A DNA stretch of 32,000 bases, from the NCBI RefSeq assembly GCF_013365455.1, contig NZ_CP046578.1, positions 240,001-272,000 of the forward strand, given 5' to 3'. Position 1 is the stretch's first letter. Each line of letters opens with the position of its first letter. Shown in pieces: positions 1 to 9,012 of this stretch. The DNA comes from Wolbachia endosymbiont of Dirofilaria (Dirofilaria) immitis. Its GTDB lineage: Bacteria; Pseudomonadota; Alphaproteobacteria; Rickettsiales; Anaplasmataceae. Below the pieces are notes generated by a model. The model was not told the origin of the DNA and searched no databases. It saw only the letters and a list, made by a program, of their open reading frames with translations. The translations under genes and the position numbers were made by a program.

Positions 1-363
1 ATTCTTTTCTTTTTCTAATTTCTCTTGCTCTTCAATACAATATATAGCTAGCGGATTGGCTTTAAGTCTTTCAGCTCCTATTTCTTCTCCTGTTCCTTCA
101 CAATAGCCGTAGGTACCCAACTTTATTTTTTTTAATGCCTCCTTGATTCTTTCTTTTCTCTCTTTTCTGCGCTTAATTAATTTTTCGTTTCCACTATCTT
201 CATCAGTATGGTATACACTTTCTTCTAATTCTTGCTTCTCCATTTCAGCAAGCATTGATTGTAACTTTAAACTGAAATATTCCAACTGCTTCACGTTCAT
301 GTATTCTTCGTCCTCTGAAGGAATATAATCTTCTGGTAATTTTATTTTTGGTAACTCTTTCAT
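1..363 (-). CDS. dksA: DksA/TraR-family RNA polymerase-binding transcription factor (C-terminal end runs off the left edge)
   Basis: Minus-strand ORF open from ATG at 363-361 to position 1; it is absent from the ORF track because no stop lies in the window. Translation: MKELPKIKLPEDYIPSEDEEYMNVKQLEYF...KLIKRRKERKERIKEALKKIKLGTYGYCEGTGEEIGAERLKANPLAIYCIEEQEKLE. This matches the DksA C-terminal layout (E. coli ...[29 protein letters not shown]...). Confidence 0.7.
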   Translation of the reverse strand, partial: MKELPKIKLPEDYIPSEDEEYMNVKQLEYFSLKLQSMLAEMEKQELEESVYHTDEDSGNEKLIKRRKERKERIKEALKKIKLGTYGYCEGTGEEIGAERLKANPLAIYCIEEQEKLEKEKN

Positions 364-469
364 AATTATATTATTTATTAAATAATAAAATTTGTATAAT
401 TTATGAATAAGAAATTATACTATCTCAAAGTAAACATCATAATTTATAATAAATATTTAAAAGCCTAAT

Positions 470-1117
470 ATGATCAGTTCAATAAAAAAGTTGGTGATAA
501 GTAATAGTGATTTTATCTATATAATATGTACATTTATTGTTATGTTAAGCTTATCTTCATTTACACTTGGAAATAACAGTGAACAAGAAATCATGTTGGC
601 ATTAATATGGATATGTGCTACATTTGCTCTGCAAATTTCTACAGGTAATTTATTTGCTTCTGATTACCATGATGGAATATTGGAACAAATTTTCATACAG
701 CCACTTTCCTCTAAGTTTATCATTGCTTATAAGATTTTTGCTCACTGGATATTGTTTGGGGTACCGATTTCAGTAATTTCCTCCATATTTAATTTTGTAA
801 TTCTAGATAATGGTATTGAATATTCAATAATAACTGGTTTATCTTTATTACTCAATATGTTAATAGTAATTAACATTTCAGCTACTGGAAGTGCATTAAT
901 GATTGGTCGAAATAACTTAACATCAGGAATGCCACAAATTCTTGTTTTGCCAGTTATAATGCCAGCTTTTGTGTACTTTAAATTACTGATTCAGTTTGAA
1001 GGTTTATCTTTGAATGCTCATATATTACTTATTACTGCTTTAGTTTTTACCATTCTGTTGGTTAATAGTGCTATAGCTACCCATATGGCATTAAAATTTG
1101 CTGTAGAGCAGGATTAG
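470..1117 (+). CDS. ccmB: heme exporter permease CcmB (cytochrome c maturation ABC transporter)
   Basis: 215-aa polytopic membrane ORF carrying the CcmB hallmark LFASDYHDGILEQIFIQPL (E. coli LFRDDLQDGSLEQLMLLPL). Size and hydrophobicity pattern match CcmB. Confidence 0.75.
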   Translation: MISSIKKLVISNSDFIYIICTFIVMLSLSSFTLGNNSEQEIMLALIWICATFALQISTGNLFASDYHDGILEQIFIQPLSSKFIIAYKIFAHWILFGVPISVISSIFNFVILDNGIEYSIITGLSLLLNMLIVINISATGSALMIGRNNLTSGMPQILVLPVIMPAFVYFKLLIQFEGLSLNAHILLITALVFTILLVNSAIATHMALKFAVEQD

Positions 1118-1128
1118 GAAGCTTGTTG

Positions 1129-1776
1129 TTACTCTATAGAAGGTCCACTACTGGTAAAGTCTAAACTTATTAAATATATTTCTGTAGATTCAGATCTGCT
1201 TGATCTTGGTTTGAAGTATTTTGCTGTTTTAAACATTTTTTTTAACTCATTACAAAAATCCCTATCAGATTCTCCTTGGAAGATTTTTACTACAAACTTA
1301 CCACCATAATTTAGGAAATGCTTTGCAAGGTTCAGTGCTGCTTTGCATAAAAGCATAATTCTGATATGGTCCAATGATTTTATGCCACAAGATTTTGGAG
1401 CCATATCAGATAAAATTACGTCAAACTTCTGACCTTTAAATTTTTCCTTTAAAATTTCAAGATCGTTTATAATATCGTATTGCATATGTTCCACTCCATT
1501 GATTAAATTTACTGGCCTTATGTCAATTGCAACTACATTAGCTCCTTTCTGAGATGCAACTTGTGACCACCCACCAGGAGAAGCACCAAGATCAATAATT
1601 TTTTGCCCTTTTTGGAATAATTTAAACTTATTATCTATTTCTATCAACTTATATGCTGAGCGCGACCTGTAACCATCCTTACTAGTTTTTTGTACATACT
1701 TATCATTTAAATGACGATATAACCACCTAGTTGAAGATAATTTTCGACCTCTAGCTGTCTTTATTCTAGTTTTTAT
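1129..1776 (-). CDS. rlmE: 23S rRNA (uridine2552-2'-O)-methyltransferase RlmE/FtsJ; start codon unresolved
   Basis: Has the SAM-binding motif IIDLGASPGGWSQVAS, plus DVILSDMAP and FVVKIFQG. The track ORF starts at TTG 1647. The same frame stays open up to 1794 and encodes the conserved RlmE N-terminus LSSTRWLYRHLNDKYVQKTSKDGYRSRSAYKL, so the gene must extend upstream. The end at 1776 assumes an ATA start. Confidence 0.8.
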   Translation of the reverse strand: MKTRIKTARGRKLSSTRWLYRHLNDKYVQKTSKDGYRSRSAYKLIEIDNKFKLFQKGQKIIDLGASPGGWSQVASQKGANVVAIDIRPVNLINGVEHMQYDIINDLEILKEKFKGQKFDVILSDMAPKSCGIKSLDHIRIMLLCKAALNLAKHFLNYGGKFVVKIFQGESDRDFCNELKKMFKTAKYFKPRSSRSESTEIYLISLDFTSSGPSIE

Positions 1777-2357
1777 TGTTGATACCTGTAAGAATCACTT
1801 TATTGATTATAACTTTTAGCTCTTTTTTGACTACTTCTTTCGCTAGTGTATACAAGTACTTATTTAGTTATTCTAGTAACTTGGGTTTTAGAAGAGATAT
1901 AACTTATAACTCTTTAATGTTAGGTTTGTTTTGCTACTTTTTAAGTAGCTCTTTAATCTCTTCTATATTAAAACTAACCAGTTATTATTTTGTGCTTGTG
2001 AATTTTTGTTATCTATTTCATTATTACTAATTTTAGTATTATACTGCAGGCAAACGTCTTTTCCTTTTTTAAATCGTGATTATACTCATTGAGTTTAGTA
2101 TTATTATAAATATTTCTTTGCTCTAGTTGTCATTATCGATATCTTTTCTCCTGTCATTTTCCTATTTTCCTCTTTGCTACCTTCTTCTAAATTTTCTGAA
2201 TGTTTTTCTTAAAGGTGCAGAAAACATCATTATCTTCTTTCTCTAATTCTACTTTATTATCACATGCATTTTTATTAGGTGTAACTTTTTTTATGTTTCC
2301 CAGAATATCTTTTCAGACTGTTTTTCATTCACCGTCATAATGCTAATGCCATTAAAT

Positions 2358-3596
2358 TTAGAGATTTATGCTGTTTATTGCAAAAAGCAACTTGTAAATG
2401 CTGATTATATAATTACCTTTTGCTTCAACTAAATCCGAACGTGCTTTTAATAATGTATCCTTAGTGTTCAAAAATTCAGTTGTGCTTTTTAAATTTAGGT
2501 TAACTTCTTGCTCGACCCCTTCCAGTGCTAGAGCTGCTGCTTTTTCAGCTTTTTGACTTGCTTTGATCATAGCTTTTGCTGTTAGAACGTTATTCCAAGC
2601 GTTTGTAACTTCTCTTTCTATATTTTTTACTGTCTCATAATAATCATAAACAGATTTTTTTGCATTCATTCTAGCTTTGCTTATATTAAAAGTATTAATT
2701 CCTCTTTTAAAGATTGGGACATCGAGAGTAAAGGTAATACTGGTAGTACCTAAAAGTGTATCAAGACTAACGCTTTCATTTAAATTTTTACTTGCATTGA
2801 GATTTAAGGAGGGTAGCCACTTAGAAGTTTCAGCAATTGCTGCCATTCTGGCTGCCCTTTTTTTATAAACTGCTGCTTTTAAAGATAAGTTATTGGTTTT
2901 TGCTAGCTGTAAACATTCGTTTAGTTCCGGAACATAGGGTAATTTATCATTAGCTTCAGAGAGTTCATTAGGATTCTCGCCAATTAAGTGAAAGTAAGCA
3001 ATATTTGCTAATTTTAGCTTACCTTCAGCATCAACTCTTTCCAGCACTGAAGATGAAAATTTTGCTTTTGCTAGCAGAACTTCAGCGTTGGTAACCTCTC
3101 CAAGAGAAAGGCGCTTTTTTATTGAAGACAAGTTTTCTAAAGAAACACGTTCTTTATGCTCTTTCAATTTTAATATTGCTGTCCTTCTTAGGACATCAAC
3201 GTATACTTTTACGGCGTTAAGTGCGACCTCTTGCTTTGATTGTTGAAACTGTATCTTTTCTGCTTTGAGAAGATGACTTGATTGGCTGAATGTGGCAAAA
3301 GCACTGCCACCGCCTATTATTCTTTGACTCAATGTTAGGCGTTTTCCAGGTAAATTATGTTTATTGTTATAAAGATTAAAATTACTATCAAAGTTATACT
3401 GCAAATTAATATCTGGCAAGAAACCAGCTAATCCGGAAGACTTTAGTTGTTTTTCTGCGCTTTTATATTGGTAGAATTGAGATTTTAGCTTTGAACTATT
3501 TTTAATGGCTTTACTTATAGCTTCTTCAATATCGATTGCATAGCAACTTGTAGTATTAAAAACGGCCATAAGTGTAATAATAATAAACTGAAACAT
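2358..3596 (-). CDS. tolC: TolC-family outer-membrane efflux / type I secretion channel protein
   Basis: 412 aa with an N-terminal signal-like sequence (MFQFIIITLMAVFNTTSCYA). Two repeated long coiled alpha-helical segments alternate with beta segments, and the start IDIEEAISKAIKNSSKLKS resembles the usual TolC/OEP opening. Confidence 0.75.
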   Translation of the reverse strand: MFQFIIITLMAVFNTTSCYAIDIEEAISKAIKNSSKLKSQFYQYKSAEKQLKSSGLAGFLPDINLQYNFDSNFNLYNNKHNLPGKRLTLSQRIIGGGSAFATFSQSSHLLKAEKIQFQQSKQEVALNAVKVYVDVLRRTAILKLKEHKERVSLENLSSIKKRLSLGEVTNAEVLLAKAKFSSSVLERVDAEGKLKLANIAYFHLIGENPNELSEANDKLPYVPELNECLQLAKTNNLSLKAAVYKKRAARMAAIAETSKWLPSLNLNASKNLNESVSLDTLLGTTSITFTLDVPIFKRGINTFNISKARMNAKKSVYDYYETVKNIEREVTNAWNNVLTAKAMIKASQKAEKAAALALEGVEQEVNLNLKSTTEFLNTKDTLLKARSDLVEAKGNYIISIYKLLFAINSINL

Positions 3597-3728
3597 TCTA
3601 CTCCTATATCTGATATTAGGCTATGCAGCTAAGTTGTTAGCACAGATTGCTTTGATAATCAATAACTAATGTTGTTGACTTTGTTTCAGGGTTAGATATA
3701 TCATGACATACTATTGTGAGTTAGAGTT

Positions 3729-4187
3729 ATGAAGACTTTTTTTTTAAAAGAAAAACAAATCAATAAAAAGTGGTTTATTATAGATGCAGATAGGTTAACA
3801 GTAGGAAGACTTGCGGCATTTGTAGCAACACTATTGCGTGGAAAACATAAACCTGAATATACACCTCATATGGATTGTGGTGATAATATAATTATTATTA
3901 ATGCAGAAAAGGTGTGTTTTACTGGAAAGAAGCTTAAAGAGAAAATTTACTATAAATATACAGGTTATCCTGGTGGTTTGAAAAAAACTACTCCAGATAA
4001 TATTCTGAATGGTAAATTTCCTGAGCGTGTAATAGAAGTAGCAGTAAGAAGGATGCTTGATGATGGTCCCATGGCACGCAAACGTTTTAGAAATTTATAT
4101 GTCTACTCTGGTCCAAAACATAAGCATCAAGGACAGCAACCTGAGAAGATAGATTTTGCTTCTTTAAATCGAAAGAATAGAAAATAA
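3729..4187 (+). CDS. rplM: 50S ribosomal protein L13
   Basis: Translation [48 protein letters not shown] is canonical L13, and rpsI follows as in the conserved rplM-rpsI operon. Confidence 0.95.
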   Translation: MKTFFLKEKQINKKWFIIDADRLTVGRLAAFVATLLRGKHKPEYTPHMDCGDNIIIINAEKVCFTGKKLKEKIYYKYTGYPGGLKKTTPDNILNGKFPERVIEVAVRRMLDDGPMARKRFRNLYVYSGPKHKHQGQQPEKIDFASLNRKNRK

Positions 4188-4197
4188 TGGAGTAAAG

Positions 4198-4644
4198 ATG
4201 CAAAATCGTGTGATAAATAAATCAAAAGGAGTAATTAAGCCAGTAATTGATTCACTAGGACGTTTATATGCTACGGGGCGAAGGAAGGAATCTGTAGCAA
4301 GAGTATGGGTAAAGCCAGGTAATGGAAAGTTTAGTGTTAATCGGAAAAATGAGTTATTCTCTTACTTTAAGAGGGAATCAGTATGCAAAACGGTAAGGAT
4401 GCCACTTATTATAACGTCTGTGTTGGATAAATATGATATATTTGCAACTGTGAAAGGTGGAGGATTATCTAGTCAAGCTGGTGCTTTATCCCATGGGATA
4501 AGTAGAGCTTTAAGCAAAATAAGCCAAGGCTTACATTCCATGTTACGTAGTAAGGGGTTCTTGACGCGAGATTCACGTGTTGTTGAACGTAAGAAGTATG
4601 GTCAGCACAAAGCTCGTAAAAAATGCCAATTTTCTAAGAGGTAG
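4198..4644 (+). CDS. rpsI: 30S ribosomal protein S9
   Basis: GRRKESVARVWVKPGNGKFSVN...GGGLSSQAGALSHGISRAL...LTRDSRVVERKKYGQHKARKKCQFSKR is the canonical S9 sequence and C-terminus. Confidence 0.95.
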   Translation: MQNRVINKSKGVIKPVIDSLGRLYATGRRKESVARVWVKPGNGKFSVNRKNELFSYFKRESVCKTVRMPLIITSVLDKYDIFATVKGGGLSSQAGALSHGISRALSKISQGLHSMLRSKGFLTRDSRVVERKKYGQHKARKKCQFSKR

Positions 4645-4790
4645 TTATTCTTTAGCGATGCTTTTTGTAAGCGTTATACAAGTATTTGAGAAAGTGTATG
4701 ATATACCCTAATTTCCGCGATAAATTTGGTTGACTATCAGTGTGAACTGAATATGCTGTTTGTGTAATTTTTTCAATATTAAGGTAATTT

Positions 4791-5102
4791 ATGAGCAAGG
4801 AAAGTATAGTAAAACAAATGCATGAGGATTTGTCTAATCAGGGTATAGACATAACAATGTTAAATTTAGGCAAAATTTATGACGCGTGGATAAAAAGAAT
4901 AAAAGGTGACTTAAAGAGGATAGGTAAGGTACGTCTACATAAGTTAGGTACATTATCTACTGCTGTAAGTCGGAAGAAACAATGTCGTAATCCTCAAAAT
5001 GGTAGGATTATGACTGTTCCTGAGAAGATAAGAGTAAGATTTAAAGCAAGTCAGACCCTTTTAGGTCTTTTAAATGAAAAGGAAGAAGGAGTAGTTAGTT
5101 AG
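4791..5102 (+). CDS. divergent HU/IHF-family DNA-binding protein
   Basis: 103 aa. The beta-arm region [46 protein letters not shown] fits the HU/IHF pattern (V.l.gFG.F.v..R..R.gRNP.TGe.i.i....v.FK.s..L). The N-terminal helices are divergent. Confidence 0.7.
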   Translation: MSKESIVKQMHEDLSNQGIDITMLNLGKIYDAWIKRIKGDLKRIGKVRLHKLGTLSTAVSRKKQCRNPQNGRIMTVPEKIRVRFKASQTLLGLLNEKEEGVVS

Positions 5103-5802
5103 ATATTATCATTTTCATTGTTTTTACTGTGCTGTGTAAGCTGTAAAATATAGCTTCACTGATTAAAAAGTGACCTATGTTGAGAGCTAAGATGTGAGGT
5201 ATTTCTTTTATTCTTTTAGCATGTGTGCAGGTTATGCCATGTCCTGCATGGCACTCTATTTTTAGCTTATTTATATACTCTGCAGCGTGAGTGATTAATT
5301 GTAATTTTTCCTCTGATGAATTGTCGCAATAGTCTCCTGTGTGAATTTCTATTATATCAGGCTTTTTTTCTAGTTTCTCAAGGTATTTTAATTGATTGAT
5401 GCTTGGATTGATAAACAGTGAAACCTTTATACCAGTGCTATGCATCTCTTTTATTATGCTAGAAAGTTTGTTATACATGTTAATTATATTTAGACCACCT
5501 TCTGTTGTTAATTCTTCTCTTTTTTCTGGTACAATATTAATTGAGTAGGGTTTTACCTTTTTTGCTATTTCAAGCATTTCTTCTGTGGCTGCAATTTCAA
5601 GATTGAGTTCAGTTTTAATGTTTTTTTTTAGGTTAAATACATCTTCATCCTTAATGTGTCTTCTGTCTTCTCGTAAGTGAACAGTGATAAAGTCTGCTCC
5701 AGCGTCAATAGCTATTTCTGCTGCTTTTAATAAATCTGGATAAGAAGTTCCTCGTACATTGCGAAGAGTTGCAACATGGTCGATGTTAACACCTAGTTTC
5801 AT
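5095..5802 (-). CDS. pdxJ: pyridoxine 5'-phosphate synthase
   Basis: [23 protein letters not shown]...[15 protein letters not shown]...[10 protein letters not shown]...IEIHTG...HAGHG are typical PdxJ motifs. Its 3' end overlaps the convergent HU-like gene by 8 bp. Confidence 0.9.
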   Translation of the reverse strand: MKLGVNIDHVATLRNVRGTSYPDLLKAAEIAIDAGADFITVHLREDRRHIKDEDVFNLKKNIKTELNLEIAATEEMLEIAKKVKPYSINIVPEKREELTTEGGLNIINMYNKLSSIIKEMHSTGIKVSLFINPSINQLKYLEKLEKKPDIIEIHTGDYCDNSSEEKLQLITHAAEYINKLKIECHAGHGITCTHAKRIKEIPHILALNIGHFLISEAIFYSLHSTVKTMKMIISN

Positions 5803-6521
5803 ATCACCTCAAAAATTATTTATAGATTATACATAGTATTAGGTCTTTTACATAGTCATTATCTAACTGAGCAATGTCTAAGCTATTTAGTAATCTGTAT
5901 AAGATTTGAGTAATATAAGTATTATGTAATTAACGTCTTATATTTAGTTTTTATATATTTACTTTATATTTTTATTAATTTTATCTAGGTTTCTAGCTTT
6001 TTTTAAGCTGAAGCACGCTTATGAAGGGCAGTGTAAATACAAATTACAGGGTCAGGGTAAATAATTATCTACTTCGTGTTTTTTTATTTTTTTCTGCTAA
6101 TAAGTTTTCTAGCACTTAAGCTAAGGACCTCTGTTTATATTTTAAGAGTTGCGCTTGAATTGCAGCGTTTAGCCTAAAAAGGCACCAATACTAAAAATAG
6201 ATACTGACAAGGTTTCTTTTGCCTTTTTTCACTTAGTAAACTTCTTGATATTTATGATCAAAGATCAGGTTTTAGGAGATCTAATAGATGGTATTATTTA
6301 ATAATAAAGGATTATTTTCATTTTTTGAAAATAACATAAGTTAGAGTGACTGAGTTTATCAATAACTTTAAATTAGTTGTTATTCTGTTGTGTTAGGAGT
6401 GTTTTTATGTGAAAGATAATGTTTCTTTCATAAGTTAATTCTTATAAAATACAGTGAAAAACATTTTCGTTGTGATTAGAGTTTCTAGTATGTATATTAA
6501 TAAACTTTTATTCAATAAGTA

Positions 6522-7637
6522 ATGAAAATAGTGATTATCGTAGTGGTATTGTTGTGTAGCAGTTACACAATAGCGAGTGAACGAATAGATATAGTAGATA
6601 AAAGATTATCCCAAGGATGTGTGGCTCCAGTACTTGTAGAAAGTAGCATTGTTTTAGTAGATAAGCACGGTACTTTATATTCTTTTGATGTTAATAATTC
6701 AAGGGTTGTAAATTGGAAATTGCACCTTTCACGCAAGGAAAAAATTGGTAACATGAGCCTATCGCATCATGGAGGAAATATTTTTTTTATAGTAAATAAC
6801 ATTCTGTACGTAATAGATGCGAAAACTGGTGAGATTCAATGGAAAAAGGAACTGAGGGCTCCAGTAAGAGGGAAAGCAGTAGTAGTACATAACAAATTGA
6901 TAGTGTTAACCATTGATAATTATCTATATGCTATTAATATGAAAGACGGTAGCCTAATTTGGGCCCACCAAAATGGAGTTAATGAGATTCGGGGTTTATA
7001 CTCTATATCACCTGCAGTTTCTGATGATAAAATAATAGCACCGTTTTCAAATGGTGAACTAATAGCTTTCGATGAAGGTGGTAAAAAGTTATGGAGTCAG
7101 AAATTGGCTGCAAGCTTTTTAGATACACAGCTTACAGATGTAACTACCACACCAGGAATACTTGGTGATATTTTAATTGCTACAAATAGTTCTTATATTT
7201 ATGGTATTGATGTAAAATCAGGAAATATTTTATGGTCAAAGCCGCTGCAAATAAAAAGTATATCAAATATTATATCATATTGTAATTCTCCTGTCTCTGC
7301 AAAGGAACGAGGAGCCAGTGGTAGGATTTTTATGATTACTCGAGATAATAGAATAATTGGTATTAATATCCAAAATGGAGAAACAGTCTGGACATTTGAT
7401 TCAATAAAAAATACACAATTGTTTGCTTTAGTTATGCACGCCCATATGTTATGGGTAATAGGCAATAAAGGCTTAATGTTTGCTTTTTCTGAGTCTGAAA
7501 GTACAGGGAAGACAATTAAAATACCTGGTAATGTGTTTCATGCTCCAGTATTCGTTCGTGATAAGATATATATAACAACTGAAGGAAGTGGTGTTTTTTC
7601 TTTAGAAAATAGGTTTATTTTTTATGATGAATCATGA
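6522..7637 (+). CDS. bamB: PQQ-like beta-propeller repeat protein, BamB-like outer-membrane assembly factor
   Basis: 371 aa with a signal-like N-terminus and repeated G.lyA.d..tG...W units (LYVIDAKTGEIQWKK, LYAINMKDGSLIWAH, IYGIDVKSGNILWSK, IIGINIQNGETVWTF), typical of BamB/YfgL propellers. Confidence 0.55.
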   Translation: MKIVIIVVVLLCSSYTIASERIDIVDKRLSQGCVAPVLVESSIVLVDKHGTLYSFDVNNSRVVNWKLHLSRKEKIGNMSLSHHGGNIFFIVNNILYVIDAKTGEIQWKKELRAPVRGKAVVVHNKLIVLTIDNYLYAINMKDGSLIWAHQNGVNEIRGLYSISPAVSDDKIIAPFSNGELIAFDEGGKKLWSQKLAASFLDTQLTDVTTTPGILGDILIATNSSYIYGIDVKSGNILWSKPLQIKSISNIISYCNSPVSAKERGASGRIFMITRDNRIIGINIQNGETVWTFDSIKNTQLFALVMHAHMLWVIGNKGLMFAFSESESTGKTIKIPGNVFHAPVFVRDKIYITTEGSGVFSLENRFIFYDES

Positions 7638-9012
7638 TTTAATTGTTATAGGTGGTGGTCCAGGCGGTTATAAATGTGCCATTGTGGCTGCAAAGCTTGG
7701 GTTAAAGGTTGCCTGTATAGATAAAAATAGCATTTTTGGTGGCACATGTTTGCGAGTTGGGTGTATACCTTCTAAGGCATTGCTTTATTCTTCTTACCAA
7801 TATGCCCACGCGAAAAACGATTTGTCAAAACTTGGCATAAAAGTCAAGGATGTGAGCTTTAATCTAGAAAAAATGTTAAAGTATAAGGATTTTAGAGTTG
7901 AGGAATTGGGGCAAGGGATAGGGTATCTTTTTAACCTTCATAAAATTACTAAAATCAATGGACTTGCGAAAATTACTTCTTTTGATCAAGGCAGCCTTGA
8001 AGTTTCGGTTGAAGGCAAGACGCTGAAAACAAAAAATATAGTAATTGCAACCGGTTCTGATGTTAATTCCTTGCCAAGAATTAGTATTGATGAGAAAAAC
8101 ATTATTTCATCTGCTGGTGCATTGTCTCTAACTGAAGTGCCAAGAAGGCTTGTTATAGTTGGAGCCGGAGCAATAGGACTTGAAATGTCTTCTATATGGA
8201 AAAGACTAGGGTCTGAAGTTACTATAGTGGAGTCTCTTGATAGGATTGCTACAGTGATGGATGTGGAATTGAGCAAGTCTCTATTTTTCAGTTTACAAAA
8301 ACAGGGAATAGAGTTTTTACTTAGCACTAAAGTTGAGGAGATAAACCAAAGTAGTAATTCTTTAAGTTTGAAAATTTGTTCTATTCAAAATAGCCAAATA
8401 AGTACTATAGAGGCAGATAAGGTGCTTATTGCAGTAGGTCGTAAACCATATACTGATGGTCTTAATATTGACGGTAGAATAGAGAAGGATAGCCGTGGCT
8501 TTATTCGAGTTAACAATAGATATGAAACCAATATAAAAGGAATATTTGCTATTGGTGATGTAATTGGTGGGACAATGCTTGCTCATAAGGCGGAAGAGGA
8601 AGGAATGGCGGTTGCAGAAATAATAGCAGGTCAGTCACCTCATGTTGATTATGAAATTATGCCATCTGTCATTTATACCCATCCTGCAGTTTCTTCAATC
8701 GGCAAAACTGAAGAGGAACTCAAAAGAGCTGGTCAAAAGTATAAAATTGGTAAATGTCAATTTGCTGCAAACGGCAGGGCGAAAATTATTGATGATGCTG
8801 AAGGATTTGTAAAAGTACTAACTTGCAGTAGGACAGATACAATATTAGGTGTGCATATCATAGGGGCATATGCTGATACACTAATTAATGAAGCAGCAGT
8901 TGCAATGGCATATGGTGCAGCAGCAGAGGATATATATAGAATTTGTCACTCTCATCCTGATGTGAATGAAGCTTTCCGGGACGCATGCACTGATGCCTTC
9001 TTTAAGAAGTGA
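7624..9012 (+). CDS. lpdA: dihydrolipoyl dehydrogenase (E3)
   Basis: FAD motif VIGGGPGGY, redox-active disulfide GGTCLRVGCIPSKALL, NAD motif VGAGAIGLE, and C-terminal interface HSHPDVNEA (the H.HP..sE motif). The start overlaps the bamB-like stop by 14 nt. Confidence 0.9.
   Translation: MMNHDLIVIGGGPGGYKCAIVAAKLGLKVACIDKNSIFGGTCLRVGCIPSKALLYSSYQYAHAKNDLSKLGIKVKDVSFNLEKMLKYKDFRVEELGQGIGYLFNLHKITKINGLAKITSFDQGSLEVSVEGKTLKTKNIVIATGSDVNSLPRISIDEKNIISSAGALSLTEVPRRLVIVGAGAIGLEMSSIWKRLGSEVTIVESLDRIATVMDVELSKSLFFSLQKQGIEFLLSTKVEEINQSSNSLSLKICSIQNSQISTIEADKVLIAVGRKPYTDGLNIDGRIEKDSRGFIRVNNRYETNIKGIFAIGDVIGGTMLAHKAEEEGMAVAEIIAGQSPHVDYEIMPSVIYTHPAVSSIGKTEEELKRAGQKYKIGKCQFAANGRAKIIDDAEGFVKVLTCSRTDTILGVHIIGAYADTLINEAAVAMAYGAAAEDIYRICHSHPDVNEAFRDACTDAFFKK

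Noticed and set aside
143-328. 61-aa plus-strand ORF at the left edge.
   Set aside because: It is antisense to the DksA coding frame, which has clear family motifs, and its peptide is low-complexity and Ser/Phe/Leu-rich.
1776-2030. 84-aa plus-strand ORF in the rlmE upstream spacer.
   Set aside because: It starts on a non-ATG codon overlapping the rlmE 5' region. The peptide is Leu/Phe/Ser/Tyr-rich, typical of T-rich non-coding DNA, with no recognisable motif.
6563-8586. Minus-strand ORFs inside the bamB-like gene and lpdA (6563-6754, 7199-7465, 7986-8327, 8362-8586). Similar nested ORFs occur inside tolC, xerC, trxB, dapE, fmt, rplC, rpsC, and the rpmC-rpsQ and rplX regions.
   Set aside because: All are nested antisense or out-of-frame within well-supported genes and show no motifs.
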